Shown: positions 58,042 to 64,000 of the stretch, one piece after another | Numbering within the stretch: the first letter of the stretch is position 1 | Layout of the letters: the number at the start of each line of letters is the position of its first letter | Source of the DNA: a virus | Lineage: Duplodnaviria; Caudoviricetes | Length of the DNA: 64,000 nucleotides | IMG/VR virus record: IMGVR_UViG_3300029286_001711 | Reading direction: 5' to 3' (one strand) | Made by a program: the position numbers and the translations under genes | Notes under the pieces: model-generated | Told to the model about the DNA's origin: nothing | Seen by the model: the letters and a program-made list of their open reading frames with translations, nothing else | Database searches by the model: none

Positions 58042-58368
58042 TTAATCATTAATTCCGTATAAAACGTTATATTGGTTTACTTGTTGTTGGTAATTTTGTA
58101 ACGCCGTAGGTAATGGAAAAGGTATTCTAATTTCCGTTCCATCGGGTATATTAAACTCCAAACCACCGAATTGGGGGTTTGCTAACATAATAAGCCAACC
58201 ATAGTATGGTGTATCATAATAGTGTTGTGAAACAATGTCAAGTCTAGTATTATTTTTATACTGTATTATTATGTCCGTTGGTTGTCCAAGTATTTTAATA
58301 AATGGTAGGACTTTATTTTTATTGTCTATCTTGAAATTACTATATCTATCGAAATATTTTTTTGCCAT
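58042..58368 (-). CDS. LysM-like baseplate protein (T4 gp53 / P2 gpX-like)
   Basis: RLDIVSQHYYDTPYYGWLIMLANP...IPDGTEIRIP. Confidence 0.75.
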   Translation of the reverse strand: MAKKYFDRYSNFKIDNKNKVLPFIKILGQPTDIIIQYKNNTRLDIVSQHYYDTPYYGWLIMLANPQFGGLEFNIPDGTEIRIPFPLPTALQNYQQQVNQYNVLYGIND

Positions 58369-58380
58369 ATTATATAATTT

Positions 58381-61300
58381 TTAATATCCTAAACTAGTTA
58401 GTGCCGTATTTACCGAACCGCCTGTACCTTTTTTAGAGGTGACGGTTGAAATTAATGTTACGTTACCGTATGGTGATTGGTAGGTTCCACTGTCTATTAC
58501 AATACCCTTAGAGGTACCATATAAAACACTAGTAACGGACCATATTTTCCACTTACCTTCATCAAGAAACTGTATGTAATTATTACTATCAGTTCTAAAT
58601 CTAAAGCCAAAAGGACCTGTCTGGGTTAAATCCTGACTTTTAACAACAATAGTCTCGGTAAATGTTACAAATCCATTCCCTTTTGATATTATATAAAGAG
58701 GACTATTCATATTTGTTAAAACATCTGTAAGTCTATTCCCCAAAAGAACTGACGGTGGTTTATTATCTGTATTTGATTTAGTGTTATCTACTGGTGATTT
58801 TTCCTCTATAACTTTATTCTCTTCTGGGGTGGTTTCAGCTTTTGTTGTATTATTATTTGTTGCGTTCTGTACCTCTTTATTAATCTCTTTTTGTATTTCA
58901 CTATATATCCTATCTGCATCTTCTGGTGAATTGAATGCACCATAAATGAAACTTCTTTTAGATTCTAACGCATTATTAATTTTTTGGGCTGGGTTATAAA
59001 CACCCGTATTGGCAAAAAAGTTATACGATACCGCGTTCTGTAATTGTTTGATTGGTCCACCCAGTGATGAACCACCAATAAACTTAAAGGATAAATCAAC
59101 TTTAACAATCATTGGTTGAACACCAATCCCTTCTGGGTTTAAATCCCATATTAAAGGATCATAGGTAAAGTTTATACTATCAATAATGATTTTAGTATGA
59201 TAGAAATCACCGATTCTTAACACACAAACTGGTGGTCTACCAAATACCATATTTTGTGGTGAGGTAGGATCCATTAATTGTGGTCCTTGTCTAGTACATT
59301 GTTGTAAGAAGGTTAACCTAGAGTTAAACCCCTCTGGGGTTATAGCGTGGAATGCCGGATGAAAATTATCCAATCTATCTTTCATTGAATTGTATATAAA
59401 TGGATCTTTATGTTTCATCTCCATAAAATAATCCGATTCGTTTATAAAAAGCTTTGCTATTTGTTTTTTAGCATCAGCTAATTGTTGAGCTTCTTTGTTC
59501 TTTTCAATAATCGATTTATTCTCTTCACTTTTAACTTCGTTAAGTAGATTAGATTGGAGTACTGGGTTTTTCTCTAATTTAATGGTTACTTTTCTAGCTT
59601 GTCTAGAATTTAAAGAATTCTCATTTTTACCGTTTGCACTACACGGATCTATTGCCGCCTCCACTTTCCAATCCTCGTCTTGGGTATCTGGTGGCGCTCC
59701 ACTCTCACCATCACTTGTCATTACCCATCTATCCTTACTATTTTCAATTACAATTTCAGAAGGGTAAGTTTTATCAGTACCCTCTAACTTAGGTGGACCC
59801 CCTTGATTTAATTCGTAATCTCGCATTTTAGTTAATAGATAGTCTCTAGTTGCTAAAGCTCTATCATTTCCCAATTTTTTGTTATAACCACCTGATGCGG
59901 TACCAGAACAATAACCATTAATTTTTATTGTATAGTTTTTACCGTCAGATGTTACCAGAAATTTAGCTAAATTATTTAAATCATCCTCTTTACCCTCATT
60001 TAAACCAGCTCTTGAACTATTAGGACAGTCCAAAGGGCCCACCTCATAACCATTTGGGTTTGCTAAATCTATTAAAAATACCGATCTACCAAGTTGTGTT
60101 GTATTAACACTGGTACATCCCTTATTTGCTGGACATTTTTCATCTGTTCTAGCATTCTGGAAAAATATATTTATATTATTTATAGGTGGTTCTTTTGGTG
60201 GATCAACTTTTACTGGTGTTTCATTAGGTGGTAAACAATCTTTACATGGAGCTGGATCTGGCACTTTAATTTCTTCAGGAAGAAAATCTTTAAACTTACT
60301 TTTTAAATCCGCACACCCACCAAAAAATGAATGTACAAAATCATCGGTTAACGCATTTGTTTCGAAATCCTTTTTTATTTGATTTAACACCGCTGGGTGA
60401 TCTACTACGATAGAAAAACTTAAATTTCCAGAACGTTCAGTGTGATTATATGTGTATATAGGTTCACCCCTTCCAACCATAGTGGTAGCATCCCAACTAA
60501 CAGATGTGTTATCATTAAAATCTAAATTGTATGGTGGAAACCACATAATTCTCCCCCTATTAGGTCCTTTTTCGGAATTAGGTAAGTAGTTGTATTGTGG
60601 TGCATCTACCCAAGCTAGATTTTCAATAGATAACATATATGGTACTAACAACCCTTTTATAGCAGTTAAATTAGTCGCGTTGTCTAAATTCTCCTTTTGT
60701 AATTGTTGAGCTCTAGTTGGTAGTGAATCTTTATAATTTGTGTTATCCGCAGAATCCCACGCAATTTTAGGTATACCAGTTTCAGTTAACGTCATATTTT
60801 TGGTTAAACCTCTTTCATCTACGTTTCTCCACCAATTTTTTTCACTTCTAATTAAATGACCAAAATCTTTATAAGGCCTTCTAACTGACCAAGAACGACA
60901 ATAAGCGTCACCCTCTTGTGTTAATGTTGTATTACCATTTGAATAGAAATCATGTTTTCCATCAAACTTATAGTTAGAATCATCATTTATAACACCAATA
61001 TACTGACCAGCAGTACCCTTTTTAGTTATAGAATTATTAACTAAATCTTGTGTGTATTTTAAAATACCTTTTTTAAATGGGTTTTTTCTAAATCCCCAGT
61101 ACATACCATTATCTAACGGTTGATGGAAGTCTGGTAATATCCCAGCAGGCATCGCCGTCCCAATACCACCTCTATCAAACTCACCACCACTACCCATGGG
61201 TGACGGTCCCCTTACATCCCAAGTGTCTGTAACGTTATTTAATAGGGTGTCAAAACCGTTACGATCCACCACACTTTTTCCATCACTACTAATTGTTAAA

Positions 61301-62613
61301 GATGGTGTGGTAGGGTCTAATGTGTTAAAATCAGGACCTGGTTTTACTGGGGTTTTATTACCACCAAAAATACTTTTTACTTTGTCATTAATATCTTCTA
61401 TTACAGAAGGGTTTCTAGTATTAGTGGGGTCTGTTGGTGCTGGTGATAAATAATTTATTGTACTTGGTGGTTGTCCCGCTCCAGCTAAATTCTTTTTAAC
61501 TGTTGCGTTAGTGGGTGTAGTATATGATGACCCCAATACTGGACCGTATTTGTTAATATAGAGAGCATCAAATAATAACGATTTCTGTCCGGCACCTGTA
61601 TAATCCAATAGTTCATTGGTTATATCTGGGTTATTTGGATCTGGAACCACACCATATCCACCAAAAGCGTCTTGTGGTATGATACTTGTCGGTAAGTTAA
61701 ATCCAGCTAATTTGGCTGTAAATTCAGCTACCTTTCCAAGACCTGTTTTAGGGACTGTAATGGTATAATTTCTTTCGATTAAATTACCACCAGCTAAAAG
61801 ACCAAAAGGACTTGTATTGATAGCGCCAACCGTATTATCAACAAAATTTAGTTTTATTCTATTCTTTAGTTCCTCACCCCTTCTTTTTCTGGCGATAGTA
61901 TCCAATTCGGAAATGTTTTGACCGTCTGGTTTATAGTTAATTCCTGATGATAAAGTACTGAAGGGTATACCACCAACACCTAAAGTTCTATTTAAATATG
62001 TTTCTCTAAAGTCTAATTGTATTTTGTCGTTGTATTGAATGAAACCCGTATTAATACCTGGATTATCTGGGTCATTATATGCAATAATTTCAGCTGGGCC
62101 GTATTTATTATTCTCCCTAGCGAACATTTTTAAATCCCTAATCTCATGGACGGTTGATGTATATCCCCCTTCATTAACCCATTCCTCAACATTACCAGCA
62201 AAACCTAATTTAAAGGTTTGTGGTACACCATAAGAAGTTCCTTGTGATGGAAACCCTTGGGAAAATATAAAGCTGTAATCTGGATGCCAAGCAGATAACT
62301 CAGTCTCTGTTGGATTCTTCGTAATACCGTCAGGGAGTGGACTAGTTAGATTATTATAAAGAGATGGTGTTACCGCTACAGTTTGTAAATCTGGTACGTC
62401 TGTGACGTTAAAAGTACTTTCTGATACGTTATACTCTGCACCCTTATCGTTTGATATTGAAGATCCTAAAGCCGTGTTAATAATTGGGTTAATATCTTTT
62501 AAATTATGACCCAATAGGAAATCCCTGAAATTATTATCAGTTATTGGTCCTAAGATACCACTATCAAAGTTATCAATATTATAGTTATTTGGGTTTATTT
62601 GATTTGACGGCAT
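58381..62613 (-). CDS. 1410 aa baseplate/tube-initiator-like protein with internal OmpA-C-like domain
   Basis: WFPPY...W......GR.EPIYTY...ERSG.LSF and PPVCVLRIGDF...IIDSINF...PMIVKVDLSF modules flank IKINGYCS......YNKKLGNDRA...RKV (OmpA-like). Confidence 0.7.
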   Translation of the reverse strand: MPSNQINPNNYNIDNFDSGILGPITDNNFRDFLLGHNLKDINPIINTALGSSISNDKGAEYNVSESTFNVTDVPDLQTVAVTPSLYNNLTSPLPDGITKNPTETELSAWHPDYSFIFSQGFPSQGTSYGVPQTFKLGFAGNVEEWVNEGGYTSTVHEIRDLKMFARENNKYGPAEIIAYNDPDNPGINTGFIQYNDKIQLDFRETYLNRTLGVGGIPFSTLSSGINYKPDGQNISELDTIARKRRGEELKNRIKLNFVDNTVGAINTSPFGLLAGGNLIERNYTITVPKTGLGKVAEFTAKLAGFNLPTSIIPQDAFGGYGVVPDPNNPDITNELLDYTGAGQKSLLFDALYINKYGPVLGSSYTTPTNATVKKNLAGAGQPPSTINYLSPAPTDPTNTRNPSVIEDINDKVKSIFGGNKTPVKPGPDFNTLDPTTPSLTISSDGKSVVDRNGFDTLLNNVTDTWDVRGPSPMGSGGEFDRGGIGTAMPAGILPDFHQPLDNGMYWGFRKNPFKKGILKYTQDLVNNSITKKGTAGQYIGVINDDSNYKFDGKHDFYSNGNTTLTQEGDAYCRSWSVRRPYKDFGHLIRSEKNWWRNVDERGLTKNMTLTETGIPKIAWDSADNTNYKDSLPTRAQQLQKENLDNATNLTAIKGLLVPYMLSIENLAWVDAPQYNYLPNSEKGPNRGRIMWFPPYNLDFNDNTSVSWDATTMVGRGEPIYTYNHTERSGNLSFSIVVDHPAVLNQIKKDFETNALTDDFVHSFFGGCADLKSKFKDFLPEEIKVPDPAPCKDCLPPNETPVKVDPPKEPPINNINIFFQNARTDEKCPANKGCTSVNTTQLGRSVFLIDLANPNGYEVGPLDCPNSSRAGLNEGKEDDLNNLAKFLVTSDGKNYTIKINGYCSGTASGGYNKKLGNDRALATRDYLLTKMRDYELNQGGPPKLEGTDKTYPSEIVIENSKDRWVMTSDGESGAPPDTQDEDWKVEAAIDPCSANGKNENSLNSRQARKVTIKLEKNPVLQSNLLNEVKSEENKSIIEKNKEAQQLADAKKQIAKLFINESDYFMEMKHKDPFIYNSMKDRLDNFHPAFHAITPEGFNSRLTFLQQCTRQGPQLMDPTSPQNMVFGRPPVCVLRIGDFYHTKIIIDSINFTYDPLIWDLNPEGIGVQPMIVKVDLSFKFIGGSSLGGPIKQLQNAVSYNFFANTGVYNPAQKINNALESKRSFIYGAFNSPEDADRIYSEIQKEINKEVQNATNNNTTKAETTPEENKVIEEKSPVDNTKSNTDNKPPSVLLGNRLTDVLTNMNSPLYIISKGNGFVTFTETIVVKSQDLTQTGPFGFRFRTDSNNYIQFLDEGKWKIWSVTSVLYGTSKGIVIDSGTYQSPYGNVTLISTVTSKKGTGGSVNTALTSLGY

Positions 62614-62631
62614 AATTCCAATCTATTTTTC

Positions 62632-62641
62632 TATAAATATT
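62632..62641 (-). promoter_or_regulatory. Phage promoter-like motif AATATTTATA
   Basis: 18 nt upstream of the ATG at 62613. Confidence 0.6.
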
Positions 62642-62742
62642 TACTTATTACTATTTTCTTGCTAAATTTAGCACAGATCCTAATATTAAATAATAAGCTT
62701 ATAAGTTAATATAAAAGGTAAATAAATAAAGCAGATCAAAAA

Positions 62743-64000
62743 TTAACTAGCCATCCCTCTTTTGGAATATTCGTGTGTGGAGAAAATCATTTTGGCAAGT
62801 TCTTCTTTTTGTGCAGAATTTAATTTACTAAGGTCTATTTCCGTACTACTACCATTCTTACCCGTTAATTCTATTTCCCCATCCACTGTAAGAGACTCAT
62901 CGAATTTAATTGTTGTGGTACCACCTAACAATGACAACCATTGTGCAAGTTCCTTTAAAGAGTTTAATTTGTCGGTATCTACACTATTTATCGCACCTAC
63001 AGATGAGGCAAGTGTAGAACCCATTTTTGTTAACATCATTATAATTGGTAATCCAACTATGGCTGTAGTGGTTAAACCAAACATAGCTTGACCTAATTTT
63101 TCAACACCCATTGCCATTACCATAAAACCAGTACCCGCGGAAATTAAACCAGAACCATCACCACCGATAGCTGTACTAAATTGAATTAATGGTGCCGTGA
63201 CAGCACTTAATCCTAACCCCAATACTAATAAGGCACCCCCTAAAGCTATCATCGCTATAATACCAGCACCAAATAAAACAGCTCCAATACCAGTTGCCAT
63301 CAGTAAACCCAAACCAAATATTGCGGCTGTGAAAACCACTAACGCAACCCCAGCTATCGCTAGAGACTCCCAAGATAGACCCTGCATAAGACTCATACCG
63401 TAAGCAAACGGTATTAATGAGGCACCAAGTAGTGTTATCGCAATAGCCCCTTCAATCATAGAACCAGAGGCTTTACCGATTAACCAAGCTGCAACACCCA
63501 ACACCGTCAAACCGACAGCGGCCTGAGCCAATGTTTCCCAACCGTTTTGTAATTTATCAAATTCTTGTAGGGCTTTAGCAAACACAAATAATGCGGCCGA
63601 CAAGATTAAAATTGCGGCAGCCCCCTTAATCATATCCATTGGATTAAGACCCTTTGTCATCTGACCCGGCCCATTATCTATTGCAGGACCTTGTGTTACT
63701 CTAGTTAAACCCCCCCCAGCGTTTCTCTTAAAACCACCAGATTGACTTTTTAAAAAGTCTTTAGTATTTGTAGATAGTCCACCTTTACCTGTGGTTCCCG
63801 CCTGGAAACCTTTTGTAGATAGTCCACCTTTACCTGTGGTTCCCGCCTGGAAACCTTTCGCCATTTCTAATCCAGCTTTAAAATGTTTCCCAGTTCCAAA
63901 AAACCCCTTAACAATATCTATAGCTTTAAAGACCTGCATACCAGCCCAAAGTAGGGTTACAGCACCTAGGAATATACCGATACCCTTAGTCCAAGTTTTA
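62743..64000 (-). CDS. Tape measure protein, C-terminal part (5' end outside the window)
   Basis: Frame is open to the window edge (KTWTKGIGIFLG...). A/G/L-rich helical repeats with multiple hydrophobic segments, upstream of the hub genes. Confidence 0.8.
   Translation of the reverse strand, partial: KTWTKGIGIFLGAVTLLWAGMQVFKAIDIVKGFFGTGKHFKAGLEMAKGFQAGTTGKGGLSTKGFQAGTTGKGGLSTNTKDFLKSQSGGFKRNAGGGLTRVTQGPAIDNGPGQMTKGLNPMDMIKGAAAILILSAALFVFAKALQEFDKLQNGWETLAQAAVGLTVLGVAAWLIGKASGSMIEGAIAITLLGASLIPFAYGMSLMQGLSWESLAIAGVALVVFTAAIFGLGLLMATGIGAVLFGAGIIAMIALGGALLVLGLGLSAVTAPLIQFSTAIGGDGSGLISAGTGFMVMAMGVEKLGQAMFGLTTTAIVGLPIIMMLTKMGSTLASSVGAINSVDTDKLNSLKELAQWLSLLGGTTTIKFDESLTVDGEIELTGKNGSSTEIDLSKLNSAQKEELAKMIFSTHEYSKRGMAS
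63767..63858. repeat. Exact 45-bp tandem duplication in the tape measure gene (KGFQAGTTGKGGLST x2)
   Basis: 63767-63811 is identical to 63812-63856. Confidence 0.9.

Noticed and set aside
2373-62641. Calling the recurring TATAAATA word a T4 gp55 late promoter
   Set aside because: It is on the template strand relative to the downstream gene in every case, opposite to T4 orientation.
62614-62742. Palindromes (tgctaaatttagca, ataagcttat) in the gap after the tape measure gene as an origin or ncRNA
   Set aside because: Short AT-rich palindromes with no iterons or covarying structure; insufficient evidence.
76-63403. Numerous short plus-strand ORFs in the ORF track (e.g. 76..429, 3172..3435, 39078..39389, 49498..49935, 62762..63091) and short minus-strand ORFs nested in other frames
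   Set aside because: They lie antisense to or inside well-supported genes and have S/F/I/L-rich shadow composition.
1-64000. Genome-wide TAG or TGA recoding
   Set aside because: Long genes are intact under code 11. TAG ends ORFs at 1855 and 5484 and TGA ends several others. Only one isolated in-frame TAG was found.
1-64000. tRNA or rRNA genes
   Set aside because: All intergenic gaps long enough were read and none shows a cloverleaf with a T-loop consensus or rRNA-like sequence.

Overview
AT-rich, densely coded, almost entirely minus-strand segment of a large (jumbo/huge-type) contractile-tailed dsDNA phage. The host is most likely in the Bacteroidota. Evidence for that is a short Bacteroidota-style sigma70 gene, TTG-N19/20-TAnnTTTG promoters and SprB repeats in a virion protein. 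Replication/recombination blocks alternate with structural blocks. The first block (1-15.5 kb) holds a sigma factor, SbcC/Rad50, a split SbcD/Mre11, two DUF4338 proteins, thioredoxin, a PD-(D/E)xK exonuclease, primase and RuvC. It is followed by a baseplate/fibre module (15.5-40.3 kb) with Cys-rich repeat proteins, a SprB-repeat protein, a gp6/J-like protein and gp25. Next is a replication block (40.4-50.8 kb) with class II RNR, DnaB helicase, 5'-3' exonuclease, RecA and a gp32-like SSB. The window ends with a hub/lysin/tape-measure block (51.3-64 kb). Most notable: (i) the Mre11/SbcD nuclease appears broken into three pieces, with a NUMOD3/PD-(D/E)xK endonuclease cassette in the first break and the apparent last piece fused to the front of Rad50; (ii) two divergent DUF4338 (DruA-like) genes bracket a nuclease-less terminase-type ATPase; (iii) a conserved RATATTTATW motif sits 4-18 nt before many start codons; (iv) a lone plus-strand gene has a caspase-like His/Cys dyad. 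All calls are motif recognition by eye; no database searches were run. No tRNA, rRNA or CRISPR array was seen.
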